This document shows, in pieces, positions 23,129-37,600 of a stretch of 64,000 nt of DNA (its first letter is position 1; each line of letters starts with the position of its first letter). The stretch comes from Podarcis bocagei (Eukaryota), in NCBI GenBank assembly GCA_964188305.1, contig OZ076889.1; one strand, given 5' to 3'. Both the position numbers and the translations under genes were made by a program. The notes below the pieces were generated by a model. The model saw nothing but the letters and a program-made list of their open reading frames with translations, was not told the origin of the DNA and searched no databases.

Positions 23129-25633
23129 GTAAGTGAGCAAGGTAGTATAAAAGTCATCTGTTATGGACACATGTTCTGCTTTCCTAATATAATAATACAA
23201 GAGGAAGGGAGCATAGGCTTGAAGGCCATAGGATGCTATCTCAAACTGAGGCAGACAATACATAGTACTGACCATGCTGACTGGTAGTAACCCTCTAGGT
23301 TTCAGACAGGATCCTTTCCTGGCTCTTCCTGGAAATTCTGGGTAAATCATGTGCTCAACCATTAAGCTATAGCTTTCCCTTCAATGGATTGTTGTAGTCA
23401 CTAGTCTGCATGATCAGGCTGCTCATTAAAGAGTTAAATGAAGAACTGTTATCCTGAATCTTATGACACGTTCTAAGTATCTATTCTATACAATCCAAGA
23501 CTATTCCTCCACCACGCTCAGCGAGTAAGTCTCCTTTCCTGCTTGATAGTGTGCAAGTATTATTTACCTGGTCATCTTGAGTTCAGGTAACAATTTGTGA
23601 TGGTGAAAGGCTGCCATTATTCTTGGACTGTGTCTTTTTTTTATAACAGCCATGTATTTTCCTTGATTGTGCACTGCAAATCCATGCCTGAACCACATTG
23701 AACCATTATTATCTCAAAATATGTGAAATATATAAACAAGCCCTTGCTACAAAAGGCATTCCTCTATAGCTTGGTAATGATTTTCACAAAGTTGAACTCA
23801 GCCAACTCTTCTATCTGTTTGAATTTGCCCTAGTTGAGCTGATTATGCACTGTTAATTTATTTCAGATTTACAGGTTGTGCTCTATTTCCTAACAAATTT
23901 GCTTTCCATGGTGTGATTCTTGCTCTCTGTGACATAGGATGATAATATTCCATTAATCTTTTTCTTTTTTTTTAGCCACCGAGTTGCAGGAAAAGTAGAT
24001 TAAAGGCATAATTGCAAAGGATGACTGTGTAAGGCACATTGCCCTTTGGTTGGCTGCACAGATAGAGGTGACCACTGGTGTTTTCCCTCCTATCAAGTGC
24101 TGAGTCTTCAATGTGGTCAATAGAACATTAAATGAATGGTTGTTGCACCTTGAAGGCTTACCTGCTTGCTATTAAGCTTATGCTTCCTGGATTATCCATG
24201 GATGAAGCAAAGTGCTGGCTGAGTATCAGTTGGGTGTAATGCGACAGGAATGGATTATTGATAGATAGATGCTTTTGTGATAAATGCAATTCCTTGGTTG
24301 ATAAAGTCTGTATCGCTTCTTGGTTCAGCAAGCTTTTTCTGCTAAAAAATACTGCTGTATGTGAAAGTAGTAATTTGTGTGTTGTTTTCTTCTCAGTAAT
24401 GAAGTGTGCATATGTCTAGCAGAGAGAACAGATTTTCATTAGGAAAAGGGTGGTAGTGGGCCAATTCTTTGGAACATTGTGTGCTCAAGAACTTACAGGA
24501 TGGTGCTGCATGGGTTGAAAGCTTTGTTGAAAGCTGAACGCCCAGGTTAGGGTTGCAAACGGGAACCCTCTAATTGTACATATAATCTTGTTACAAAACC
24601 TGGTTTTCCCATTATGTGTACTGATGGCTACTGTGTGCCCTAAATGTGTAGGAAGCACCTGAGTTTCTCAGCTGACTTGTCTGTCTTTGGAACTGGAGTG
24701 CATTGCTTTGCTAGTGTATATGGAATTTTGAAAGCCATTGCCTATTGGGGTCACCAGAGTCAGAGGCAATGATGTAATCAAAGACAAGGCAGTTCCAGGT
24801 TCCAGGGAAGGAGGTAGACAAGGACTAGAAGCAGATGGCTGGGTCAAGAGGCCCCAGACTAGGCAGAAAAGAAGTTTGAGGCAAGGGAACTGGTGTGGCT
24901 GCTCAGGGAGGCAACTTGTTCAGGGTCAAGAACCAAACCTGTCAACAGTTACATAGAACCAGCCAGGCCCTTACTGGTTCCTCTGACCTAACTTGGTTGG
25001 AGAGCAGCCATGCTGTCTCTGACCAGGACTGGCCCAATATATTTTGCTGCCTTAGGCAAAGGACAAGATGGCACCATGCCATTTCCCAGAGAGAAGCTGA
25101 CTGGACTGGCGGTACTAGCAATGGAGTAGTGTCCGTCATAATGCCTGAAGGCAGCAGGGTAGAGAAAGGGCTCTGCCCTCTAACAGAAAGCACCAAGGAG
25201 ACGATGCCAATAACTCACTTCTGCTGCTGTCTAAATTACATGAGATGTGAAGTTACATGTTTAAATAAGAGTCTTCAGTCTGGCTGCTTTTTCTTTAAAA
25301 TAAAAGGGGCCCTGATCCAGAATGTACTCCTCATCCAGATCAAGGCCCTGCAGTGGTTTTCTGCTAAGAAAACCACCCTTACCTGTTTGCTCTTGGTCTC
25401 CACAGTTTCTGTTTCTTGGTATGCTGTGAAATGGTTGGTTTTTTTTTATTCTGTTTTGAGGTCTTTTTCATATTTATTATGAGCCCTGCTGGAAATTATT
25501 TTAAATAGTGTCGTGGAGGAGTTTTATGTAGAGTACTGAGTTTGAGTTTACGGTAGCTTGTGCTAATAGTGGTTGCTTTCAGAGCCCTGAAATGCTTCGG
25601 GAGGAAAGGTGAGATATGATGATGATGATGATG

Positions 25634-25681
<48 letters not shown>

Positions 25682-28600
25682 GAAATAATAATAAAATTAA
25701 TTGTACCGAAGACCTTTTCCTAAAGGGGAAAAAAGAAATCTTGTCATTTGCTTTGATCAGAGTCTTCCAGTGGATTCTTGTCAGGAGCTGACCCAGTTGT
25801 GTGAAGGATTTTTATATCTTTTTGAGAAGCTGTGAGTTATGTCAAGAATTAACTCGGTGATGTTGTGCTGGGTGCACTTAATCGTTTCCAGCCTGCTTAT
25901 CTGACTACCCTGAATATGAAGCAGGATCAAAATCTTGCCTACACAGCTTTCCTGTCTTATTAGAATTATGAACGTGCCAGTAATGTGGATTTTTCCTTTT
26001 TCTTTGAGTTTTTGGTCAACAGCTCTGTTTTCCAGCATGAGAGTTTTTGGCCTCTCTGGCCAACTGTTTATATTTCTCAGACTGCCCATTTGTTTCGTAC
26101 TCTCTTCAACTAGCCAGAGATATATGGCCCTGCTATTTAAGTAGAGCCCTTTATGAAGCATTTTCATCCAGCCCTTCCAGGAATTGTTCTCTTTAATTGC
26201 ATAGCTGGCACTGGAACAGCCATTGTGAAGGCAGAAAATAACCACACTGTATATACATTTAGATATGGAGTGTTAAAGTGATCCTGTGTGCTGTAGTTGT
26301 ATTAACCTCTCCCTCTATTGTCATGGCACCATTTTAAATTAAGAGACTTGCTTCAAATAATGTTTAGAGACAAATGATAACTGGAGCTGATGAGAGTTGG
26401 ATGGGCCATACAAGTAAGAAGTGGTTGTCTCCTAGGAGCAGTCATGGTCACCTTCTCATGCTGGGACCTGTATGATCAAAGACGGGCATCTCTAATGAGC
26501 TTTTTCTTTCCTGCCAGGTGCCTATCTGGTTCCATATCTCGTATTGCTCATCCTCATCGGCATCCCTCTCTTCTTTCTGGAGTTGGCTGTTGGCCAGAGG
26601 ATCCGCCGGGGCAGTATAGGAGTGTGGAATTATGTCTGCCCTCGGTTGGGGGGCATTGGATTTGCCAGCTGCCTTGTAAGTGCTTGCAGAAGGCTTGTGG
26701 TGGCTTTGGGACAGCTGTGTGGATGATAGACAGGTGGTCTTCCACATGTGCTGTCTAGCAGACATGTGCATAACAGACCCATTTCCCAATGTAAAGAGGG
26801 CTTAGTTATTGCAGAATATAATTAAAAGATACCAGCCTGTGAAGGTGGTTGGTTAGAAGCTCAAGACTGATGCCTTGAACAGTTCTTTCCCCCAGCTATG
26901 GAACAGGATCAGACATTTACCATCAAGTTCTGATTTCCTTTGATTTCCCTGCATGGTCCTATATATATCTGAACTGAAAGGAAGTGCCCTTCAAGACCGT
27001 GCCCTAACTGATCCACTGTTTACACCTGTCAAAACAAACCTCTTTGTAGTTTAGTCCTGATGATTCACTCTGCAGAGGGTCAAGTGATGGGCAGGCGGGT
27101 GCTAGCAAAAAGACCATTTCCCCTCTGGAATTGATACTGGAACTCAAGCTTAGCGCCACAACTCACTCATGCCACCTAAGCACCATTGTGCCATTCAGCA
27201 TCTTATATAAACTGCTGGGATGACAACCAAAGCCCCTTGATTGATGTGGCTCTGGATCGCCTGTGCAAGAGCAACACTGCTTCCTTGATATCTGGCAATT
27301 TTAAGGGAAACAATCACTGGACATGCCCACATCACAGGACAGAGCAGAGTTTGAGAATGCATGGGGAAACAAGAGGAAAGAGAAGTCCCATTGCATAGCA
27401 TTGGATATAACCCAGTGCATTTCAATGTTCCATTCTCCACCATTCATTTTAGTATCACTTTGTTTGGAAATACGTTTTGCTTTCCAGGATCCAAACATTT
27501 TCATTCTCCTGTTGCCAGGTCTGCTTGTTTGTTGGGCTCTACTACAATGTGATCATAGGATGGAGCATCTTTTACTTTTTTAAATCCTTCCAGTACCCGC
27601 TGCCTTGGAGCGAGTGCCCCGTCATAAGGAATGGCACAGTGGCAAGTGAGTCCTTTCTCTTTCCTGCTTTGCATGTGGTAGAAGGGAAATGAGGCACACT
27701 TCTTTAGGTGATAAATAGCGTTCAGCTCTGTGACTTATAATCTTCCAGAATCTTTTAATTCAAATGTGATAGTTGTTGCAGTAGTAATCAATGTTGGCTG
27801 ATACCACACAGCGCAGATGGGTGGATGCATTCATTTATCCTTTTCCATCATTGTGGGTCTCAAGGAGAAATAAGTCTTCGCTTGCCCTGTACACTGTAGT
27901 TACTATAGTAAGGTAATTCAACATTACTTTTTTTAGGGGTGTTGAGAGTAGCTTCCAGTCAACAACTTAACAATAGTTCAGGTTTGTTTCCATCTGATAG
28001 GGTATGGGAATTGCGTTTGGGCATTGGTTGGTAGGAAATGGATACTTTCCAAAGAGTGCTATAGAGACACTCTGGAGGTTAATGGAGCATTTAATAGAAT
28101 GTGAACATCTCCCAGAATATATATAAATCTTTTATAGTGGGTGTAAATTGCCCCATTTATTTAACTTTTAGTTTCAGTGGCAAGATCTTGGATTCTTATT
28201 CCTTTCTCCTAATGTGAATTTCGACATCCTTCCTGAAGTGCCCTATGAGTGCTTGTCTCTCCTACGTAGCCTTTAAATGCTGCCTTGCTTTGCTGTGGCA
28301 CAGGTGTGTCTAAATGAGAAGTCAAAGCATGTAAAAAAACCACAACTCCATAGCTTTTGTCCCTTTTCAGCCGTGGAACCAGAATGCGACAAAAGCTCTG
28401 CTACTACTTACTTCTGGTACCGGGATGCCCTGGACATCTCCAACTCCATTAATGAGAGTGGTGGGCTTAACTGGAGAATGACTTTATGCCTCCTGGCAGC
28501 TTGGACCATTGTAGGCTTGGCCATGATCAAAGGAATTCAGTCTTCAGGAAAGGTAAGTGTTGATGGTGGCAGCCCAAAGCAGAACAGAGATTGCCAGAAC

Positions 28601-31600
28601 CTACAACAGGTGAACCCACTTATAAAGTGGTGGATCCAGGGATGGGAAACCTGTGGCTCTCCAGATGGTGCTGGACTACAACTCTCATCATCCCTTCCCA
28701 TTGGCCATGTTGGCTGGGGCTGACAATGTCTGGAGGGCCACAGCTTCCCCATCCCAGACCTACAGGTTACAGAAGACAATAATGTTTGGGATGCAATCTT
28801 ATAGCCAGGACAAAGCGTTCAGCAGCTTCCACACATCCTGAATGGTTCATGGGGCCCAGGTAACCACAATGGAATAAGAAGCTAGGAAAAAGGAAAGGGT
28901 GAACACTTTCCGAACCACCTGGTCCAGGAGTGCTTTCTCCATTTTGCTTGGCTTGTGCCTCAGAGCAGCCACCTGAAAGTAAGAATAACATGTAAAAGAG
29001 CCCATAGTTGAATGAATGAAGTCAGCAGTACCTGATAGCAATCACAGGCACAGCTTCCTCTCTTTTGGGATACAGCTGCTCAGTTTACCTATCTTAGGGC
29101 ATATCCACATCAAACCGGTTAGCAGTCACTTATTTCCCCATGAAGAACCACAGGAATTGTAGTTCTGTTTGGGGAGAGGGCTCAGGATCTTGAACAGTGA
29201 ATTCATCAAAGTACCGCATTGGCCTGAATATAAGCTGCACCCAAATATAAGCCACTCCTTTAAAATTGGGGGGGGGGATACCCAAATATAAGCCGCTCCC
29301 TTCCTCGCTGCTCCTTGCTGCATACTGGTGTTAGGATATTTCCGTTCCACCTTAAAAGGGAGCAGGCTTTGTGAGTCACAGAGTCTGCGCATGTCCTGTT
29401 CACAGGATGTTTATGTTTGCTATTCCTTTCGATTTTGCAGTCGGTCGGAGACACTGACTCAGAACAGTCATGTTTTTCTTTGTTCTGTTCAACGCTAAAT
29501 AAAGTCTGTAAATATGCTCTTCTGCGGTGCAGCTTTCTGGCTGTGTTTCTGCTGATAAAGAGTGTGCACGAGCCCAAGGAATGTGGCAGTCTATTTCTGA
29601 GGCTTCGTGTCGCTAATTGCTGGATCTGCGTGACTACGGGAGATCGATGGACGTCCGGCAGCCGGCTTGGGGCCATGATGGACTATATCTCCCTGGCAGT
29701 ATTCCCAACAACTGGGGGGCGGGGCGGGGGAGCCGTGCTGTGTTGCCAGCCGCCTTTCCCCTTCCTTGCTCTCTCCCTTCCTGGCCTTGGGGGAGAGGAT
29801 GGGGAACTACGCATGGGGCAGGCGCCACTTCACCGCGCTCCTGGCGCTGTTTGCCCCGCACTCCTAGCTGCATACCGTATGGTCGCGAATATAAGTCACA
29901 CTTTAACTTTTCACAGTTGGAATTTGGGCAAAAAGTGCAGTTTATATTCAGGCCAATATGGTATCTCACCAAACTACAGTTCCCAAAATGCTTTGTAGAA
30001 AGAAAAATACTGACAGAAGTTTCCAGTAGGGTAGATTTGGGCTTATTGTTCATCCTTAAGACTTTCTTTATATACAGTCTACTGCTGGATTATATATAAA
30101 GTAGGATCTCCCGCTTTCTCTCCCTCTCCCACTCAGGTGATGTATTTCAGCTCCCTTTTTCCTTACGTGGTACTGATCTGTTTCCTGGTCCGGGGATTGC
30201 TCTTGAGGGGGGCGATAGATGGGATTCTGCACATGCTCACTCCCAAGGTAAGCCCACCACACTCACCATGTGCCTTTAGACCAGTCAGAGAAATGTCTCT
30301 TACTGGGAACTATAGCTAGCAAGAATCCTATGTCTCTGGTGATCATCACAATCCATGTCCTATGTTAAACTGATGCCTCTGTGGCGCTGCCTGGATGGCA
30401 CCAGAGCAGAGCAAATTTTACTTAGGTATAGGTGTTGCTTTTTTAGTCAGTGGTGCTACTCTCTCTGAAACTGAAATGCTGATGATTAATTGCTTTGGGC
30501 GTGCCTGTCCAGGTCTGTTTCATTATTCTTCCTGCTTGTGGTCAGAATTGTACCAAATTAACTAGGTTTGCCAAAGGACAGCTGCAAAATGGATTGACTC
30601 ATTAGCTGTTTAATTAATTCATTAAACAAAGATGTAGGTGATTGAAATTATGAAGCTGGCATTAATCCTGATTAATTTTGAATAAGAGATTCTAAAATAC
30701 AAGCCCCAGTGTCCAGGTTCTCATTGTAGGTAGAATGATTAGCAACCACACATCTTCCATTTGCAATACTGCGCAGGCCCAAACTGTAAATGGCATCTCC
30801 ATCAGGTTTGTCCAGATTCATGGCAGCAGAAGGTCCCACCGGTATCACACTACACACGAGCAGCATGCAATGGATGCTTTAGCTGAGATTCCTGCATTGC
30901 AGGGGTTTGGACTAGATGACTCTATGATTCTATGATTCTAATTTGGTAGGGCTCACTTGCCATGCCACAAACCATGGTGGACTGAAAGGGAGTAAAGTGC
31001 TTAATAGTTTGCTAGTACATTAGTTTGCAGAGAGCACTTGCATAGCTTGCTAGCATAAGTGTGACTATCCTGTGCAGTCTATTAAGTGCATTCTGTAAAC
31101 AGCAATCCTTAATCAATAAGGTTAATCAAGCTTTTCTTGATAAAGGGATGGGGGCTAATTGTAACTGGCAGGGGTCATTTTGAAACACTGAGTTTGTTTT
31201 CTCTCAACTGTCATTTGGACACTACCTGTGTTTTCAAGCTTTCTTCCATAGGAATCATAAGGGCTAGTGTTTTTTGTTTTTGTTTTGTTTTTCTCTTTTA
31301 AAGGATTGTGACATTTTTTCAGGGCATGATATTCCATGCCTAACTGGGTAAGCCCACAAAGTGCACAGGCAGTAAAATTCTAAAATGCAATGATGAATAA
31401 GGCATTCACAGTTCTGCATCTGAGATCCATTTATTTCCATGGGACCTGATTCCCTTTCTATTGTGCCCTTAGGCATCAATAATTGAGTCAACAGAGGAGA
31501 AAGATAGAGAGCTCTCTCTAGCATATGCACAAAGAACAGATACCCAGGCAATGATGTGCTGTTCTCAGCTGCCAATGTTATACATTTAAATATAAATGTG

Positions 31601-34600
31601 CCATATGTGGACCAAGCTGAGCATCTCTGATGCAGGATGGATGACTTGGCTTCCTTCTCATCTCTCCTTACAGCTAGATAAAATGTTGGATATCCAGGTG
31701 TGGCGGGAAGCAGCCACTCAGGTCTTCTTTGCCCTTGGACTGGGCTTTGGCGGAGTTATTGCTTTTTCCAGTTACAACAAGCAGGACAATAACTGCCACT
31801 TCGATGCAGCCTTGGTCTCCTTCATCAACTTCTTCACCTCCATTTTGGCCACACTGGTAGTCTTTGCTGTGCTGGGCTTCAAAGCCAATGTCATGAATGA
31901 AAAGTGTGTGGTTGAGTAAGTACTCATTCCAGTCTCTCTCTCCCTGCCTCTCCCTTTCTCTCTCCCCTAAAGGCTTCTCTGGAGGGCACAACCACAGCAA
32001 CTATCTATTTTTCAGGGTACCTTATAGTTACTTTAAAAAAGCATCCAGTGCAGCGGGTGCAATTCTGTTCTGGCCTGAAGCTTTGATAGCCAGAAACTGT
32101 AGTTTCCTTCTGGCCAGGTGGCAACCTAGAGTGCTCTCTGGAACCAGGAAAACAGCTTTTCACCTTATTATTTTTGCAGAATGTGCTGTGAAGTAATTGG
32201 ACTAAATCCTGCCACTTCATTCATTATTATTCAGTATTCATTCAGCTCATTCCTTCACAATTTTCTCCCCTCCATTTTATCCTCACGACAACCTTGTTAG
32301 GTAGGTTAGGTTCAGAGACTGTGACTGACTCACCCAGTGAACTTCATGGCTGAGTGGGAACCAGAACCTTGGTCCCCCTTGTCTGACATTCTTAATTAAC
32401 CACTGCACCACACTGGCTCCCATCAACTGCTGGGGTTCATTTTGCCTGTTTTGCTGGCAGAAGATGCCCTTCACCCAGAACAAGGTGAATAAGGCCAGGC
32501 AATGGCTCTATAATGACCTTTAGCTTCTCCTCCATAGGAACGCTGAGAAGATTCTGGGTTATCTGAATACCAATGTCCTCAGCCATGCACTCATCCCACC
32601 CCAAGTGAACTTCTCCCATCTCACGGCCAAAGACTACACCGAGATGTATGGTGTGATAAAGACAGTGAAGAAGGATCATTTCGATAAGCTGGGCCTGGAT
32701 CCTTGTCTACTGGAAGATGAGCTTAACAAGGTATGTTTATAGCCAGACTTGCTTTTCACGGTATATTTATAGCTGGGCTTGCTTTTCATGGTCATTTTCG
32801 ACCCTAGATGCTGGTTCCGCTCTTGTACATCCTTGAAGTCTCAGAGCGAGCCAACTTGCTTGGGAAGAGCACATGGTAGAGCTCTCTTGGGATTGTACCA
32901 CTTCTGCATGGTGCAAGTGGGGGATCTCATGCTCATATGCACCCCATTGTCTTGTTAAAAACAACCACCTCTCATTGCATATAGAAAATTAACACCTTGC
33001 GTATAGAAAATTAGCATATTAGAGAGAAGGCTAAGGCAGAGAGCTTGTGATTTCTGTTTAAGATCACTCTTGGTTGCAGTTCTTACCATGTGCTGATGAA
33101 GACTTCACTGACATAAGGAATAAGGAACTGAAGTATGTCAAAATCATTGCAAGAATTGAGCTTGTGAGAGGTGGCCGACTATAACAGTGTTATGGAACAG
33201 ATGTGTCTGGGTGCTGTGAATAGTAGAGCCTATGTTTCGTATGCTGAAGTTCCCAGGTTTATTCCCCAGCATCTCCAGGTGGGGGTGGGAGTGTCCCTTG
33301 TCTGAAAACCTCAAGAGCATCTGATGCTGAGCTAGATGGACCATTGGTCTGACTTGGTTTAAGAAAGACTCCTGTCTTCCTGAGATTACTGAGGGAGGTG
33401 AAACTGAGAAATGAATACATCATGTAATTTCTATGGGATACATGCATTGAAAAGTCACAACTTTCCATGACTTCTCAGAACATGTATATATGTAGTGAAA
33501 CAGATGCTTGTTCAATCATTTGTATGCATTATGCATCATTTTCCTTATACCCACAATGGTTTGGCTGTTTGGTTCTGCGAGCCTATGATTTTACAGATAG
33601 AAATCTATTTACATGAATACATGCACACCTGCTTTTATGATGTAATCTTCTGCCCAGAGTAACGCAAGCATCTTCTTTTGGCTGTGTACAGTCAGTGCAG
33701 GGAACTGGCCTTGCATTCATAGCTTTCACAGAAGCAATGACCCACTTTCCAGCTTCTCCTTTCTGGTCAGTGATGTTCTTCTTGATGCTGATAAACCTGG
33801 GTTTGGGGAGCATGATTGGGACCATGGCTGGCATCACCACACCCATCATTGACATGTTCAAAGTGCGCAAGGAAGCATTAACAGGTAAGTTCTCTCTTGG
33901 GGAAACTCAAGAAACCATTCACAGAGTAGCACTGTTGTGCATGCAATGACACCATTTAGTTCTGGCCAAGACTTGTGCTACAAAATACATTGCTGGATGG
34001 GATCAAATTGTAATTCTTAAAAGTCATGGCATAACATCAGAGCTGAACCAATGTTTCTATTACTGAAATATATTTGCTGTCCCCAAAAAGAGCAGAGGGA
34101 TTTGGGGGTTAAGGGGTGCCTGTCAACATTGGGAAGCTCACACACTGTGATAATGTGGCAGTATCTGGGGAACTGATGATTTTGGGTCATTTCATAAGAC
34201 CAAACTGTGGAGGGTTTATGGGTGAGTAGATCTGGGCTGAGTTTGGAAAGTTTCAAAATGATTTTGTGATTATTTCATCAAACCTCCACATTTATCATAC
34301 CACTACAAAGCTGATCCAAATGGCTGCTAGTAGCATATTCACCGTGCAATCCAAGAATGTTTTGGTTACTTCAAAGTAAATCACAGTGGTTTCAATGGAT
34401 AGTAGCCCAGATGTGCCTCGGGTTATGAATTGACCACTTCATTGCATGCCAAACTCTGGTAGAATCAATTCAATGCACATGTCCAAATTAGCAAGCTGTG
34501 TAAAACCCCATTAAGCAACCCAGGGTATGAAGCACTGGTAACAAATTCCATTGCAGTGACAAAAGCAAACACCATCATTTAAACTCATCATTCAAAAAAG

Positions 34601-37600
34601 CATCCACATCTGAAGCCTGATGTGAGCCTTCCAGTCAGGACCTATCATTGCTGATAAGCTCAGTAAAGTTAAGGGGGTGTTTCTGAGGTATATAATACCT
34701 TCTGTGTGCTCCACATGCCTACCTGCCTAGATACTTGCAGATTTGTATGTAGCAGATTTTGTTTTACATTTCTCTAAAGATTACATTGCATATTAAAAGT
34801 TTAAGAGCAATTTATAGGGCACTCCTATGAATATTTGCTTAGAAATAAGCCACACAGTGTTCAACGGAGCTTAATCTCAAAGAAGTGTGTCTAAGATTGC
34901 AACCTTAAACTTTTAAATTGTGAAATTAAGTACTTAAACCAAATGTTGTGCTTGCCTTAACTCTGTTTCCCCATAGTGGCCAGTTGGGGCTTCTACGTAT
35001 AGGATAAAATTTCTTGCATAGAAGCCACATGTGGAAAGTTGGGTGAATCCCACACATAGCTTGCTACACACGTGTCTGTTTTACCATGATCACCAAGTAG
35101 AGGAGGCGCCAGTGGTGGCCTACTTCTGTCAGGCATATGCACATTAACAAAGTCGATGTGCATTCATTTATCAGCAAGCTACATGCAGGATATGTGGCCT
35201 TGTAGGTAAGACATTTTGTCATGTATGAAACTGGCTTTGGAGTTACTTTTTCTGCAGGAGTGATATTATAGCCATAGAGCAACAGACATACCAACTTGAA
35301 GCTCACTGACCCAACTCCATGATATAGGACAAACAGGGGCAACAAATGCATAATTTTTTGAAGTTGGCTCAGTCTGAAAAATCAGGAATCTCATCATCAC
35401 AGCTCTATTGTATCTTCAGCACGGGGTCATTTTTTCCATGCACCTCAATATATATTCAGACTCCTATGGTGAATTGAATTGAATGAGTCATGTTGGAGAA
35501 CTGACATGTGGGTACTATTATGACCAGAGGTGATGTGAAAGATGTTTTGTAAGATTCAAAGTGGGCATTAGACTGCAAAAGTCAGAGTGACCTAGGTTAC
35601 TAACATCCAAATCCAGTTCATCCTGGCCTGGAAATTGGGAAAAGGGTGCTTTCGTCAAGTGAATCAAGAAATGGGTGACTCTTCAAGAGGAAGTTAAGTT
35701 ATAATAATTTTTGCAGCAATTCTGCAAATATAAGGAACTTGGGATCTAGTTAGTATTGCACAGGTAGACATGAATTTGGGACATTTTAAGTGCTGGACTT
35801 CACAGCCTCAATAACACTTAATGAAGAGAAGATGTTTCCCTACATCACAGTGAGCAACAATGTGATAACTTTAACACTTTCCCAGATTATCTAGTATAGC
35901 CTCAAACTCTCCCCTGTCGAAGTAGAGCACTTGTCACCGATATACCCTGAAGCACTTTTTGTACGTTTGAATAGCTCTAACATATTGATGCACTGTTTGT
36001 GTATCTGAAGAGCTCTAATCTCTCTCTAATTCCTGCCCTTAAAGTCTTTCCCGTGCACACGCATCTCATGATACTGCCAGGGGCCCTTGTAGTACGTTGC
36101 TGCTCTTTGGTAGAAACAATATTATCAGTTTGCCTTTTGGATCCTGCAGCAGTTTTGCCTGCCCTCGTGTGGCTGACGGTTACTGTGATCTGCTCTTTAC
36201 AGTTGGCTGCTGCATTTTCGCTTTCTTCGTGGGGCTGATCTTTGTGCAACGCTCAGGCAACTACTTTGTCAACATGTTTGATGATTACTCTGCAACGCTG
36301 CCACTCACCCTCGTAGTCATCCTGGAAAACATTGCGGTGGCTTGGATTTATGGCACCAAGAAGTAAGCATTTATTTCCAGGAGGGCTAGCCTGTTCATAT
36401 TCCTACAGGCTTGTCTGAATTCCTAAGCATTTGGCTTTGAATGCTCTGCCCCTCTTACCACTACAATGGGTTTCATTGTTCTTGAAGCACTCAGGCTTCT
36501 TGATGCTTCTTTGGACTTCTGGCCCCACCAGAGTTCCCATCCAAATCTCTCCATCCAAATCAAGGGGAAGTAAAGAGCAAGGAACCTTGTGCTTCAACAT
36601 CTGTTTGCTTTCTTCCTTTCTTCTTCCTAGATTCATGCAAGAATTAACAGAGATGCTGGGTTTCCGCCCTTACCGGTTTTACTTCTACACATGGAAGTAC
36701 ATCTCACCCATTTGCATGGCTGGCCTGATGACAGCCAGTGTGATCCAGCTAGCTGTCAGTCCTCCAGGTTATAATGCCTGGATCCGAGAAGAGGTGAGTT
36801 GGCAAATAAAAGTGCATCCCCCAAAGGGTACAAATCCACAGGCTGTGTACCAATTGGCAACCAACCCACATACTATACAGTGAAGCCACAGGGTCCTCGC
36901 TGCAAATGGCTGTGATCATTTGTGCAATTGTTAGGCCAGCGTCTGCCTGGAGGACAGAGAGGCCTCATCCTTATACCAGAGTACCTTGCATTTCCTCCTG
37001 CTTCCAGAGCTGTGGCCACGGAGGTTGCAGATACACCATAAAACCCAACTAGCCAATATCCTGCTGGAGATGATTCCAGAAAGAGCTGGCATGGATTTCT
37101 GGTCACCCTTCCAAGGAATTGGGAGTGAGAGGCTATCTTAGCCATGTAGAGTGACAGTGGTTGAAATCCCAGTGTTGCAAATGCTCCCTTGCTTTTTAGG
37201 GTAGTCCAAGGTTAAGGAGCAGTATTTCAAGGTATGGAATCTGAACATTCATGTAAACGTTTATTTGTTCTGCAGGAAAATTGTTGGTCCAGCTTTGTGT
37301 AACTATGGGAAGCTACTGCCTCTTTATTAGCATTTTATTTAAGTGGGGGTTGCCACCTGCAAGAGCAAAATGTTCTAATGCAGTGTGCTCTTGAGAGATT
37401 AACCCTTTGGCAGGTGTTTCAGGGTGCGTATGCAGAAAAGGGAACAGAGGGGTGAGAAAGACCTTTTGGCAAAAATCCTTTGCATGTATAAGATTTTCCC
37501 CTTACAGTACATGCTGGCCCTTCTCTTGGAGATGGGAATACAAGCAGCATACTTTACTTGCCTTGCTGCCACAGAAATAGCAACTTGATCACTTCAAGGA

